Shown: piece after piece, positions 13,893 to 28,300 of the stretch
How positions within the stretch are numbered: position 1 is the first letter of the stretch
How the letters are laid out: every line of letters starts with the position of its first letter
Source of the DNA: Paragordius varius
Lineage: Eukaryota; Animalia; Nematomorpha
Reading direction: 5' to 3'
DNA length: 64,000 nt
NCBI GenBank assembly: GCA_964247055.1
Contig: OZ176051.1
Location: forward strand, 7,936,001-8,000,000
Program-made: the position numbers and the translations under genes
Notes under the pieces: model-generated
The model's input: only the letters and a program-made list of their open reading frames with translations
Told to the model about the DNA's origin: nothing
Database searches by the model: none

Positions 13893-15169
13893 TCAAATAA
13901 TTGATATTTTACTATTATACTAATTTATTTAAAATACAATTAATAAGCCATTTCATGATATCGATATTATTATATTTACATTTGTAATTCTGTTTTTCAT
14001 GCTGTACATATTACACTTAGTAATCAATAAATAAATGCGTCTTTTAAATATCTATAGTGATTAAAAAATTAGAGTGATTAATATTATAACTACTCAAATA
14101 TAGGATTAGCTTTTCATGTGAAATAACCGGTCAGAATGTTTATGAATATAGTAACTAGTGCTCATGACCATTATTTACTTTGGACTTGGTGAAGTAACTA
14201 AATAAAATACTACATCCTATTAAATTCTTTTTAATAATGGTAATTAAAAATTTAGTTTTAAATTTTTTAAAGAAAATTTCACCTGTTTTCATAGTCTAAA
14301 AAATCAAGGTCACCTTAAGGGAAAAAACTCAGAAAGTGTCTCCCCCCTTAACTCACTATATAGAATGCTTGTAAAATTTCAAAATGAGTAAAACATTGAG
14401 AAAGATTATTGTTTTATAAAAAAATTTATAGCTTACGCATATATGAGCTCGCGTAGGGCGTTAAAAAATGACAGATTTTTAATAATCAAAAGTACTAATA
14501 AAATTTTATGGTAATTAATGTAAGTTTTTAATTGGCTCCTTTACTATTTGTATTAAAAACACATATTCCAATTATATGGATAAATCATGACATACAAATA
14601 TTATTAAAATTAGACCTAATATTTTATTATTTTGCTACAAATACTAATTAGTGATCAGTGTTTAGCGTATTTTACACAAAATTAAAAATTTTCAAAATTG
14701 TAAACACCCTCTTAAGCTAATTTTAGGAAGCACATTTTTAGTTTTATTTAAAGACAAGCTGGTCCTGTCACGCCTCGCTGTGATGTAATATCACTGATAA
14801 TTATTCTTAATAATTTGCAATAAATAGAGGTAATGGAGATAAAAAAATAATAAAAACATATTAAATAAAAAAATGTCTTTAATTATTCTTTTACGGGTTT
14901 TTGCATAGGCTTAAATATTGTGTACTTGAAATTGACCATATTTAAACGTGCCTTATTAAAGTTAATATTCAACCATCATTGGATTTATTTTAACATTTTT
15001 GTTTCACGAAATCGTGGCTAAAAGTTTTATTCTGAAATTGTGTTCACACTGGGATCAAGGGATATATAAAGTAATTTGGGGTTCCACATGTAGAAGAATG
15101 ATATTATACAAATTCCCTAGAAATGTTTAACTGAACTCGTATAGCTACTTAAGTTTTTTAAAATAAGCT

Positions 15170-16860
15170 CCAAAACTACTCCATTTTTGCATTGCGTGTC
15201 AGTTTTAAACCAACAGACCCCTTCCCATAGACCTCTATGGAGAGAGCGCTGAATTAATTTTTTGCCTTTATAGGCCAAACATTTGAAGTCATCTTTGATA
15301 CCATCGTCTCATGGGTTATTCGGAAAATTCCTCAACAATAAATAATCGTTGTATTTTTAGGGCATAAAGGCCACATATTAACGATTAATAAAAAACGCCT
15401 GACCCTTTTTATTCTAGTTAAGGGAAATATTTCAAGCTGTTAATAAGCTCAGATGGCTTCAATTTTCTGTAAATTAACTCCAAAACAACGCAATTTCTAT
15501 ATAGTGGCGCAGTTTTTGGCGGGTAGCTCCTAACCCAGGGGCAGATATAAAAAAAGCGTTGGGCAAAATTTTTACCTTTATATGGGAAATATCTGAAATT
15601 ATCATGGATTCCATATGTTCCTATTAGACTCATAGGTTTTCTGAAATTTGGCTCCAAAGGCATGCTGTATCGATATGATGACCCAGTTTTAGCCGGGTAT
15701 CCCCCTAACCAGGGGCTAAACAAAAAAACGCTCGATTAAAATTTTTGCCTTAATTCGGCCTACCCAGCCGAAAAAAAAGACGTTCGATAAAAAATTTTTG
15801 CCTATATAGGGGAATACCTGGAATCATCCTTACGTTCCATATGTTCTTAATGGTTTTTGGAAAGGCTCCAAAACTAAATAATGGCAATGATAGTGCATTT
15901 TTTAGGGCGTAAAGGGCCTAATTAACGGCTAATTTAAAGAAACCGCTCGACTTAAATTTTTGTCTTTTTACGGGTAATATTTCAGCCTTATTAAACTTAT
16001 GTGGCCTGATAGTTTTCTGAAAATTAAATCCTAAACAACGCAATTTCAATATGGTGGCAGAGTTTTAGGGGGGTAGCTCCCTACCCAGAGGCTGATACAA
16101 AAGAGCGCTTGATTAAAATTTTTGCCTTTTTCCGGAGAAAACCTGGAATCTGCTTGATTCAATATGCTCTCATTAGTTTTTAGAAAAATTGCCTCAAAAC
16201 TAAATAATAGTTCATAATCGCATTTTTAGGGCGTAAAGGGCCTATTTAACCGCTAATTTAAAAAATCCGCTCGACTTAAATTTTTGACTTTTTACGGGTA
16301 ATATTTTAAGCAGGGATTGAACTCATATGGCCTGATAGGTTGTCTGAAATTTAGCCCCAAAGGCACACTATTTCGATATTACGGAACAGTTTTAGCGGGT
16401 AGAACCTTACCCGACAGCCAATATAAGAAAACGCACTACTAAAGTTTTTGCGTTTTAATAGGGAATACCTGGAATCCTTATTGAAATTTTACGGTCTCAT
16501 ACCATGGGCGAAAAATAGATTCAAAAAATTATTTTTGTGGCCCTAGTTTTTTTGAAAAAAATGACATTTTCCGGGGTAGCAGATAAAAAGAGGGCCTAAA
16601 TTACTAAAGCGAGCCGACTATGTTCGGCGCAATCGAAAATAAGTAAAAAAAATCATATTTGAAATCGAATGCTTCAACACGTTTTCGGGAAAATTGTCTC
16701 AAAGAAACGATTTTTGTGGACTTTTGTTTTCAAACTGTTTTTTACACGAGGTGGGCTTGAACTGGGGGCCTAATTCAAAAAAAGCGCTAAGCAATTGTCG
16801 GGGCATTCATTGATGATTATATTTTTTCGACATTTAGTTTGAATGGGTCTACCGGTTTTC
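15170..16860. repeat. Degenerate tandem array, ~160-170 bp monomer with alternating A/B variants
   Basis: Anchors: ttttagggcataaagg (~15356), tttttggcgggtagctcc (~15513), ttttagccgggtatcc (~15687), tttttagggcgtaaagggcc (~15898 and ~16222), ttttaggggggtagctcc (~16063), ttttagcgggtagaacc (~16390). Each is followed by an aaaatttttgcct-like motif. Confidence 0.8.
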
Positions 16861-17898
16861 CAACAGATCACAAAGCCACCACCTTCCATTTTTATAAATA
16901 TATAGATTTCATATATAAATATTATATATTAATTTAAAAGTTTTGGCCATTTTGATTTTATTTATATATATTAAAACGCAACAACATTTATTTTTCGATA
17001 ACAGCTAATATATATTTTGGGGTTATTTTTTGCAAAATGCGTCAAGCAGCGGAATCAATATTTTCGCTATAAATTTAGCCCAATTATAATCATGACAATA
17101 ATATAAGATCGGATTATATAAAAAAGCACCCAATAAAGTTAATTTTCGAGGGCTATCCCATATTAAATCCTTAAAAAAAACATGAACCCAAAAATCATTC
17201 TTGGAAGTAGGGTTCAGAATCAGTCAATGGGCAAAAGCTTAAGGGTTACCAAATATTGTTATATAATTTTTAAAAAAACCAAAATATCGCGTTCTTATCT
17301 TATTAGAATCCTGCAATTTATCCAAAAAATAGAATAATGAAATCCGTTTGCGCATTGGGGCGCTCTATGTACATTTTGACCAATATCTCTTTAGCTTAAA
17401 TTAACTCAAACCGCTTTAGTGCAGTAGGAAATCTTTTTTGTACAAACTATTTGCTATTCTCACGGATTATTCCTAAATAAATAATCGCGAGTGACAAGGT
17501 ACTGTTAGTATATTATAACATTAAAAGTTCGATTTTACATACATTTATATTAATTAATATAAAGCGAAAAAACTTTTTGTGGCTTCCGCGCACATATTTC
17601 ATTAAAGTTATCAAAAATTTTATAATGGCTAAAGTATCATATTTTTAGGGTATATATATTTATCCGGACTATCTTATGAAATGTTTTGTCATCGCTGACA
17701 TATTGTCAAAAGATATTTTATATGCTATTAAAAATCAATCAAATAAATGACATTTGTATGTTGTGCGTTTTATATGACTTTACACATTATATGATGATAA
17801 TATTTAAAACCAACCAGATAAAGTACAAAAAAATGTATAGTTTTTTCGGGAATTTAATCATATCAAAGGACAAAGAGAAAGAGAGAGACAAAACGGCA

Positions 17899-20820
17899 TT
17901 ATAATTCTTCGTTAGGTCTGAAAGTGCGTTTGTGAAAACCAAAGTCACCAAATTTTTGCATGTCATATATTGGTTCAGGATCTGTTATATCTTCCACCTA
18001 AAAACCATTACACAGACATATATATATGTAAAAATGGAACGCGATAAAATATAAATTAATTAAAAATTATGTGTGTAAATTATGAAAATATTTTTTTAAT
18101 TAAAATTAATCTGAGTAACAATAAAATAAAATATAACCAAATGACTTTCATTAATACAATTACACTTTATATAGATATATATATATGTGTGTGTGTTAAA
18201 TTACTTCATAGCGATTTTTTTGTCCCATGACCACATCAAAACCCAACAGACCGTCATCCCAAAACTATTAATTAAAAAATAAAATTAATTATTTTTTCTG
18301 AAATTATTAAATATCCATTACCTACATTTTAACAATTACATAAGTTTGCATATATATTTATTGATAAAAAAATTGCTTAAATTTTTTTAGTTGACATTAA
18401 GCAATAAATATTCTATGTTAAATCTTTTTTTAAATCTAAATTTAATTTTATTATATTTTAAAAAAATATATTTTTTAAATTATACCCAATGTCCATGAGA
18501 CAACATATATACCATTAAAAGAATGCCAAAATAGACGTGTAGAGTGGCAGACACGATCATTCTTATGTTTTGGGCGACAGTAACACCCTAGTTAATAGCA
18601 ATAAAATTTTCAACAATGAAAATACAAATATATATAAAGAGTTAAATCAATTCATTATGGTAAATATTTTAGAGTAAAACCAATTAGAATTCAACGTTAA
18701 TTTTGGCGAAATATAAGATTTACAGTTGAGGGGTTATTATTAGTTTAAGTTGATATTATTGAATGATCAATAATCATTATTACTTGTTTAAAAGTAAAGT
18801 AGCCCCTCTATTACTTAACTTTTTAAAACAGCGCCTCTAAACTATCCTTACATTAAATTCTTAAAGTTGACACAAAAGTGGTATGTTTTCAAATTTAAAA
18901 AATAGGGGATCATTATAAGGGGGTAATGGATAAACTTTTAATTTTAACTGGATTAATGGATACGCCAAATAAGCGTATTATATCATTTCAAAAACCATAT
19001 TTGCAATCTTTAAATTTTTACCGATTCGAAACTTTAAATTCTCACGGTCAGCTTTATAATTTTTGACATAATTACTTTAACTATGTTAACAAATAATTAA
19101 TTAATTTATAGTAACGATATATGTAGAAAATTCGTTTGACCCATGCCCAAAAATAGGAATGGGAGTCGAAAATTTCACCTGTTTTTATTTTGTGGTTGAA
19201 ATTAATATGTATTGTCTAAACTCTACCTGCCAAAATCACAATTAAGTCAAATGCTTTTTTTACAAGGTCCAAATTTTAAACAGTCAAATATCTAATGACT
19301 CTACTAATCAATAAAAAGTACCGATTTTACAACCTTTATGCCACATTTATCGTTTATATTGTCAATCCTCCGTTATGGTTTTTTTAGTAAATATTTTTAG
19401 TCCATATCTTCCCCAACCCTAGGTCAAGAATTACTGCATTTAGCAAATATGTACCAAATGGTAAAAAATATTTTATTTTAGCGAATTGGAATTATTATTT
19501 ATTCTTAATCTAAATCGCGAAATAACAAAAAGTGACGGTTTAAAACCGCGGTTTATTTTCTTTAAAACTTTATTTAACTTTTATAAACTTATCCTTATAA
19601 AAATTAATGGCTAATGTATAATATCGTTGGTTGTCAAATGTTATCAACAAATAAAATGATCTAATCAACTTTTCTAACCATGTCAAATTTATATCATAAA
19701 AAATTAAAAAATATTCCCAAATTTCTTTTAGTATATCTACGGTTTTAATTGCATTAAAAGTAATTGTTATCAAAAATATAGTAAGGTGAAGATGGTATAG
19801 GAACCAGAACTACCTCAGATTTTAAGAGGAAACGGTCATAGAATAAAGCCAGTTAGATCTGGCATACTATTTCAAGAATTACGTTGGATGCAAAAACCAA
19901 ATTATTTTCGGACATGCTTAAAGTCTACTAATTAATTCTTTTTACTATTATGATATTATTTTTTTTAATTTTTTTTGAACCTAGTTGTAAAACTTTGGTA
20001 GTTACTTATAAAGTTTAATGACACAATGTTGTTTCGTTTTAACTCCATATATTTTTTATGATTATAAATGTTATGTTTAAATATTTGCAATTAATTATTC
20101 CGGTTAAGCCAAATTTTTCATTCTCTAAAAATTATGCATCTTCCTTGCTTTTGGAGAGAAAAAACGGTTAATATTACAAATGGTGCAACGATTATTATTT
20201 TGTGCCTATTTTTCTGCTAGCAAATACTTAACGTTGAGAAAAATGAGCCATATTTTATCTTAAATACCTAATTAGAACAAAATTATAACCACATTTACAA
20301 CTATAACATATAATTAGTTTTACCACAATAGGAGCGATGGATGCTGCTAATAGATTCAAAGGAAATTTGTATATTCTACGAAAAATGTTGGTATAAAATT
20401 TGTGTAATTCTGGAACCATAACTGGTTCGAAATCTTTTAATTCTTGATCCTTTTGCCATTGAAGTCGCCATTTACGTTCAGCCTCGGTCATACCTACGTT
20501 ATTACGTTATATAAACCTAAAACACGCTCCCTTTCATACATATGACGTCCTTGTAAAGTCATTGAAAGATCAGTTCTGTAACTAGGAAGTCGTTTATATA
20601 ATGGATCAAGTGGATCCTTAACTTCCATCTCATTGTTTTCATTTATTTTGACATTTGGATGATTCTTCCATTTTTCAATATCAAAACAGTCAGATGAATT
20701 AATCTTTGGAATTTTAGGATCTTTTTCTTTATTTAACAAAGAAAATAAATCCGGTTTTGCCTGCGGTTTGTTAGTGTAATGCCTTAAATTTGTTTTTAAG
20801 AGAGCAAGCCTGAACCACAT
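17899..20820 (-). CDS. NDUFB6: NADH:ubiquinone oxidoreductase subunit B6 (B17), 5 exons, ~244 aa
   Basis: Exons 20820-20517, 20493-20324, 18587-18486, 18264-18205, 17997-17899 (735 nt, in frame). ERERVLG/MTEAERKWRLQWQKDQEL...EPV, NIFRRIYKFPL, a single TM helix and C-terminal KFGDFGFHKRTF match invertebrate B17. Intron 1 is 23 nt. Confidence 0.88.
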
Positions 20821-20869
20821 GGAAAGTCATATGCTATCTTGTTTATATGCTAAACATGTCCCTAAATAA

Positions 20870-21445
20870 TTAACACTTCGATTCAAATTGGGGTATCTAA
20901 ATACCCCAGACAAATTTGAGTTAGGATTTTTAAAAACTGCTGAAGGAAACGGTGCCCATTTAAATTTATGCTTCTATCCTAATTAAAATTATATAAATAT
21001 GGCAAAATTCGAAACAAATTTTTTTTTGAAAAATTCCATGTCAAACTACTTCGACGCCATTTTTATTTTACAAAATATTTGAAAAATATCGTCCAATTAA
21101 TTTTAAGGGTAAAATTAAAGTTAATTTTTTATTAAAATTATATCTAACATTGATAGAAATAAAAAAAGCGGTTTATTATGTATTTTTCAATTTTACCATT
21201 GCATACATATTAAGTTGACTAATTTTTTACCTTTCGGTTTTAGCTTAAAATTAGTAATATCAAGTATTTTTGAATAATTTTTTCATATATTTTTGTTTAT
21301 CAATGTTATTTAAATGCAACATTTTGCCATGGTTTAAATTCCTTCCATATTTTTTAAATAATTTAATTTTAAACAGGCCTGGGGTATTTAACTACCCCAA
21401 TTTGAATCGAAGGACTAAAATGAATGTGTTGTATCCAAGTGTTAA
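20870..21445. mobile_element. piggyBac-like MITE, copy 1 (TTAA-flanked)
   Basis: TTAA-CACTT...AAGTG-TTAA ends. The subterminal inverted repeat cgattcaaattggggta is placed asymmetrically at the two ends. Core aaaaatggcgtcgaagtagtttgacatggaa (reverse complement here) is shared with the other copies. Confidence 0.85.
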
Positions 21446-22422
21446 TTATAATAATTAGCTTCTTGGCCGATTAATTTCCCAAATTTTAACAGAATACTTC
21501 GTGTTCTTTGGATTAATTTTCTTTTGATTTTAAAGCATTTGTTCGAGAACGAAGTAATATATATATATATATATATATACGTAAATAGCATATATACAAC
21601 TTTAATAAAATTCTATTTAATCACTTCATGATGTTGCACCTTTATATATTGAAAGTAATGGACTTAATAATAAATATCATTTTCCAGTCTTTTAGCGACT
21701 GGAACTTTTTAAAAAATAACTTAGCTTTTTCGCTGCCGTTATTTATAAATTTATATAGCTAATAAAAAACAGGCAAATAAATGTATATTAGAATATAAAT
21801 CAACTCTGTAAACAGTTTAATTACAATTTACCAGCAAACTTTTGATATTTATTAATTATCAGGGGTTCTTTTTTTATGTTTTGGACCTATCCGGAAATCG
21901 GACTAATTAAACTGTAAAAGATTAATTTTTTTCTAGTAGAGAATAAAAGAGTTCGATGAATATATTTTCACCAAAATTTTTAAAACATAGTTTATACCCT
22001 ACTTTGAGCTCTGTGGTAAAAAACTGCCCTAAATCACGGTACAAAAGATAAAAATGTAAAGAAAAAGAATCATATATAAAAAAAAATAATTAATAAATAT
22101 AAATACCACGGCGTTTGAAATCGGGAGATTTAAATAAATAAAACAGTTCACTTGGCAAAAATGTTATAAAATAAGAATGGGATCGTATATGATATGTATC
22201 TTTCTTTCAAAACTAAATTTACTTTAATATTTTGAAGCTAAATAATAATTATTATGATTTAGACATAAATTTAAATAGAAACCGTCCAGCAGTTTTTAAT
22301 AATATAAAATTAAATATATTTCGGTGTTAGTTGCTCCAATTATCAAACTGTTGTTGATTTTAAATTTTTGGCGTTTGGTAAAGCGAGTGACGTATTTGAA
22401 TGCATCATGGAAAAGGTGATAA

Positions 22423-22540
22423 CTAGGGCTTCGAACCGGTTCGAAAAAGTGTAACCGGAACCAGGCTGGTTCCTGGGCGGTTAGACCGTAACTGGGCTGG
22501 GTCCTGAAGTTCATGAACCGGAACCGAAATCGGACTTAAA
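22423..22540. mobile_element. Isolated GC-rich hAT-like terminus fragment
   Basis: Begins tagggcttcgaaccggttcg and carries several aaccgg/gaaccg motifs typical of hAT subterminal repeats; no matching other end found. Confidence 0.35.
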
Positions 22541-23753
22541 ATATTATGAAAAAAAATTATATAACTCGACGAACAACATTTCTATTCACTGGGGTTGTGA
22601 TTTAAAAATGAGTATGTAGATGATTTTTATATCATTTTTCGGTAAAAAGAACTTATATATGACTAACATTTTTTTAACAAATCTCTTAATTAATCTGAGA
22701 GGATAGAAATAGAATGATTAAATTAAATATAGAAGTATTTTATAATATCTTTAAGTGTTTTACCATACTATTTTGCGATTTACCTAAAATCTCGACCAAA
22801 ATTTGTTATAAATTAAATTAGAAAAAATATTTATAATTTGGTAAAAAACTTTTGATTCCAAAATTTAGCATATACTTTTATATTTGATTCACAATATCGG
22901 GATTTATGCCTTAATTCAATATAACCGGTTCATTTTAGATGCCAAAAGATTCAAACTTTAGGAGCCGACATCTAAGATAATAATATAGAAAATCATTTTT
23001 TCTTTTTATAAATACTCATAAATTTTAGTAATTCTTTTTGGAATCAACCCATAAGCTTTAACTAATAATATTTTATTCAACAAAATGTGCGCAAATTGCC
23101 ATTTTCTGTTATAGTTACCTCAAAAGTGTAAATAACTTTCTACTCTAAGGGCCAGAAGCATCATATAAAACATATTACAACTTTCTATCAGAATATTATT
23201 TTATCAGGTTATTTTTTGTGCAGTGTGTACATTATTTTTATCGCAAGTTTTGCGCAAAGTACAAATTTTCGTTCATTGAAGATAAGAACTTTTTTTATCA
23301 TTATATAACTGTTTTTTAGTGTTTTTAAAAAACTATAGTTATGTTTGGAACAATTTATCAAAGCCCACATTTTCTTTGTAGATCACATTTGATTATTATT
23401 AATTCTATTCTTTAAATGAAGATTTTTGATTCTACCAAAAAAATTATGGATAAGATCAAATCAAAAAATATGTAATTCACTGAATATTCCTTTGTATACA
23501 CTGAGCATATATTCAGAAAGTAATAAGATTTTAATGGTGTTGTTAATTTCGGGTTTAACGATTTATTTGGAGAAAAAAAAGCCAAATTTATGCTAAAATA
23601 AATGATGGTAATATGCACATACTGCAAAATTATTGTGAAAACACTGTTTACTATTTTATCATTTTGTTTAATCCGATCCATTATTGTGCCTTGTTAATAT
23701 AGGCTACCTCATAACAATGGCATGGTTGAAAAAAAATTTAAAAAATATCCTGA

Positions 23754-23784
<31 letters not shown>

Positions 23785-23953
23785 TCTAATAGGAAAATGT
23801 ATCAAGATAATCATGGTGCTTTTGGTTTTGGCTTTACGGGTGATAAAAAAGTTAACAATTTTGTGGTAAGTGCTCTATATCAGAAAATGGCATTTCTGCA
23901 TATTTTACAATTTTTTTGGTGAAAGCTAAATGCTATATTTTGAAATATTTCAT

Positions 23954-24533
23954 TTAACACTTGGATACAACACACTCATTTTAGTCCTTCGATTCAAATT
24001 GGGGTAGTTGGATACCCCAGGCCTGTTTAAAATCAAATACTTTAAAAAGTATGGAAGCAATCGAAACCATGGAAAAATTTTGCACTTACATAACATTAAT
24101 AAACCGAAATATATAAAAAATTTTATTCAAAAATACTTGATATTAGTTATTTTGAGCTAAAACTGAAAGGTGAAAATTTAGTCAACGTGACATGTGTCAA
24201 ATTGCAAAATTAAATAATAATACAAAATAAACCGCCTTTTTTATTTCTATCAATGTTAGTAATTTATATAAAAAATAAGCTTTATTTTTACCCTTAAAAT
24301 CAAATGAAGACGATATTTTGCAAAATTTTTGTAAAATAAAAATGGCGTCGAAGTAGTTTGACATGGAACTTTTTCAAAACAAAATTTTATATATTTTGGC
24401 ATATTTATATAATATTTATCAAGATAGAAGCATAAATTTAAATTGGGACCGTTTCCTTCAATATTTTATTAAAAATTTTCATTTAAATTTAGTCTGGGGT
24501 ATTTATATACCCCAATTTGAATCGAAGTGTTAA
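23954..24533. mobile_element. piggyBac-like MITE, copy 2 (inverted relative to copy 1)
   Basis: TTAA at 23954-57 and 24530-33; CACTTGGATAC... and ...AATCGAAGTG ends; same internal core as copy 1. Confidence 0.85.
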
Positions 24534-24539
24534 ATATAT

Positions 24540-25330
24540 TATAAAATAAATCAAAAACAAAACAATTTAAACATTTTAGTTTATATGTGGGCTCCGTAAG
24601 TACAAATTTTTTCGCTCTTTTTTGAACTGGTTTTCTTAAAATAAACGCAGCCGATATTATGTGATAAAACTTTAAATATATGCTATATTTTGATATCAAC
24701 TAAAAATATTTTTAAATATTTAATCCTTAATAGTTTGTTTTGAAGCGCACTTCATACTGTTTTGAGACATGATGGAAACATATATAATAACACCTTTACT
24801 ATTAATTGGATGATGCTCAACATTTCTAACCCTCATTACTCTGATTACAATATTCCTTCGTGTTCATATTCATGTTATATATAAATTGTGTTTTTACATA
24901 TATTTAATAAAATTTAAAACGAACATATCAAAATTCTGAAACGATAGAAATGTTCAGCATATCACCGAATTATTAGAATAGTATTTTTATTATATCAGAT
25001 TTTTTATACCCTTTCTCTATTTTATTGTTTTGCATTTTATATCTATTATGCATATTTTAGTGATGTTTTTCGGAATAAAGCATATAACTTTCCCAAAATT
25101 TTGTTCAACAAAATATGCGCAAATCTTGCCATTTTCAGATATGGAGTTACTACAAAAGGATAATACCTTTCTTACATCACATATAAGGCCCATCAAAAGC
25201 ACTATGATTCTGATACATTTTTCTCTCAAAAGTATATTTCAACTTGATTTTAATGCTAAAATTAGGTTTATTTCTATAAAAATCACATCTTACACAGAAA
25301 AAGTGGTTTGTTCATTATTTTTAAATTTTA
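24540..25330. repeat. Foldback-family repeat copy
   Basis: Shares gggctccg, catgatggaaac and gatgatgctcaacatttc with 3060-4130. Internal mirror gaaatgttcagcat at ~24947. Further fragments lie at ~23050-23500 and ~25560-26340. Ends approximate. Confidence 0.55.
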
Positions 25331-28300
25331 CCAGCACATATGTCATGATGGCTAAAATTTTACCTACAGGTTTATGCATGAAATAACAAATTTTAAGTTT
25401 TTTCGCATAAATTTTCTATTTCGGTGCATCATTGTTATTGGGGTACCATTTGCAATGGTTTTAATTTATTCACGCATTTTTTATGTATATTTGAATTAAA
25501 GGACTGAAAGGAATGTGTAGTATCTAAGTGTAAAGCAAACTCATTTTTCGAGAACTTTTTAGGTGTCAAAGATTTTTATCGCGTAATATCATCATTTTTG
25601 CGTTTCATTGTTAAAAAATCTCAGACTTTCGGATCCGACATCTATAATTTTTAAAATATTGTTATTTATGATTAGTTTAACATATTAGCGATATTTTTAG
25701 GAATAAAGCATTTAGCTTTGGAATAAATATTTTTATTCTAAAAATGTGCAATATAGATATATTTTGATTATGGAGCAATTAGCAAAGCTTCTGATATTAC
25801 TCGTAAAATTCAAAAGTAAATGCACCATGATAATAGTTTCCATCAGAATGTACAGAATATTTTTTATCCTCCGATTTTGTGCGCATGTTATGACATCTGA
25901 AAATATTTTAAAAATGCACACTTTGTAAAAAATTTAATTTTATCAAAGTTTTGATAAACCGTCAGTATTTCGGGCATGGTGAAAACGCTCTAAAAACAGT
26001 TTGAGATATTAAACATTTCTATATATAATGCGAGGATGCCTAATATTCACTACAGAATTTTGATTTTATGATTATCATTTTTCATAACAAAAATTCTGAG
26101 GTGATTTAAATGTCAGCGACATGAAATTATATCGAAAAAGTTTTTTTATTATATTTAGTTTTACCGTTTTTACCATCTTAATAAATTACATAATATATGA
26201 TCAAAATTTTAATAAAAATATTTTTTTAACAAAGCATTTTTTTTCCTGATATCATAATCTACCATATATTATTCTTATCACAAATTCTAGGCTTTTTGGG
26301 ATGAAAAAATTAGTCTGTTTTAAAGAGGGTCAAAAATTTAAGACTTTGGGAGTTCACGTGTATTAAATTTAAATTCTATAAAATTTGCTCATTAAATTTA
26401 GTAGTATATTCTTTCATTAATTTAATTTAGCATAATGTGGGTAAATTATTCGATCTTTCGATACGGACTTGTTACCACAGAAGGTAAATAATTTTTCTTA
26501 AATTAGTCGTAAGACCAAAAGTAATAGCAACATAACAATCCTGATACATTTTTTCTATTAGAATATATATTTCATCAAAACATTTTTTATTTCCCCCGAA
26601 AAAATCACTAACGTTTGCTTTCAAAGTTAAATTAATTAATCGCAATATTAAATTTTAGCTCGGTTTTTAAGCCTTCAAGGTAGGTTTTCCAAAGATCTCT
26701 TCTTTTAAATTTAATTATAAAAATATTTATTATTATGGACGACATTTATATTTGCCGCCAATTTTTTAATTTGTCGCTGAAAAAACTGGAATAATTAAGC
26801 ATACTATAATATTCATTGGTTACTGTGTAGCTATCAATCTTAATTCAGTGAGAACGCACACCTCACTAATTTCGACAAAATGCTTTTTAACCAAATCGAT
26901 CACTTTTTTTGTACTAAGAAATCTTATTTAAAGAAGCTGGTTTAAAATACATGGACCATCTGAAAATAGTAATTAATACCAAATGTGTTATTACCCATAA
27001 AGATTGAATAGAAACACCAGGCTAGACACACTACTAAAAGAATATCCATATAAGAATTTTCCATTCATATTGCTAAAACAATCGAAATTCCCTTTGTCAC
27101 AAATATTGTCACCAAAACGACTTTTTGAGACGCAAAAGTCCAATAAATTATATTAGTTGCTAAAACTATATAATAAAAACAAAAGTCGCCGTACATAATA
27201 AAAGCGGTGATTCTACAAAACTTCAAGCGTAAAGGCCTAAAAGTCCAAAAAATACTTAAAGTTTAACTGAATTTCAAGGCAAGTAGTTTATGGAATAATG
27301 ATAAAATTTATAAAAATAGCTGATACGGTGTAAGCTAAACCTGTATGTCTGTTCTCAATATATTTAAAAGTATATTACTTACAATAAAAGTTTTAACGAA
27401 AAATAAATTTAAAAATAATAATTTGGTATTTAAACCGTTTATTACGCTATTGAGTTGTTACCGAAATTTATTTAATAACTTGGTTCTGTGTCAATATATA
27501 AATATAGATAAGAAAATAGAAATAAGTGACCTTTTATAGATATTTTGATTTTATCAAAGAATAACACATCTAAACATGTTAAAGAAAAATGAATTTTGTT
27601 CAGATTTTCTTTGCATTAAGTTTATGTTTGTGGAAGTTGAGGATTTGGAAATCATATCGGAATTTTGGGTTTGAGTTTTCGATAATTTCTAAAAACATAA
27701 AAATTAAATTTTATTTATATTAATCTTCTTAACATTAATACAATAGTTAAATAAAAAAAACATACGGATCATCAGTGAACAACATTAAATATAATACAAA
27801 AAGCTATTTTTCGATAATTTATGACGCATAAAATATTTTATGTTAATCTTTGTGGTAATTCATTTAAATATTTAATTGGATTCGTTCATCTTATAATAAA
27901 ATTTTTTATGTATTAAATAAAATGTATGCAGGAGAGTCAACATGCGGTGCACGAATGGAAAATAAATAGGCAAATAAGTTTTTTCTGACAATTAATAAAC
28001 AAAAAATGGTGAAATAAAATTGCCTTTATATTGTGTTCGTATTTTTACAGATTTATGTTCAAAATTTGATAAAATATTATAATGCCCATAACTTTTAAAT
28101 ACAAACCCCCGTAAAATTGAGATAAATTTTAGAGATGACATACTCCTAACTAAACCCAAATATTAGAAAATAAACGTCGCACAAGACCGATGCTTCTGGA
28201 AAGAGCTATTAAAAATATGTTTACCTCTTTGTTAAAGCTAAAGCGTTTAAAAGAAAAAACATTTCTTATGTACCTCCATAAAATATCCATGTTCATTGCT

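Noticed and set aside
15418-15723. 101-aa minus-strand ORF
   Set aside because: Lies entirely within the tandem array; no protein motif.
19790-19930. Plus-strand open stretch EPELPQILRGNGHRIKPVRSGILFQELRW inside an NDUFB6 intron
   Set aside because: Short, no start or recognisable motif; likely a repeat remnant.
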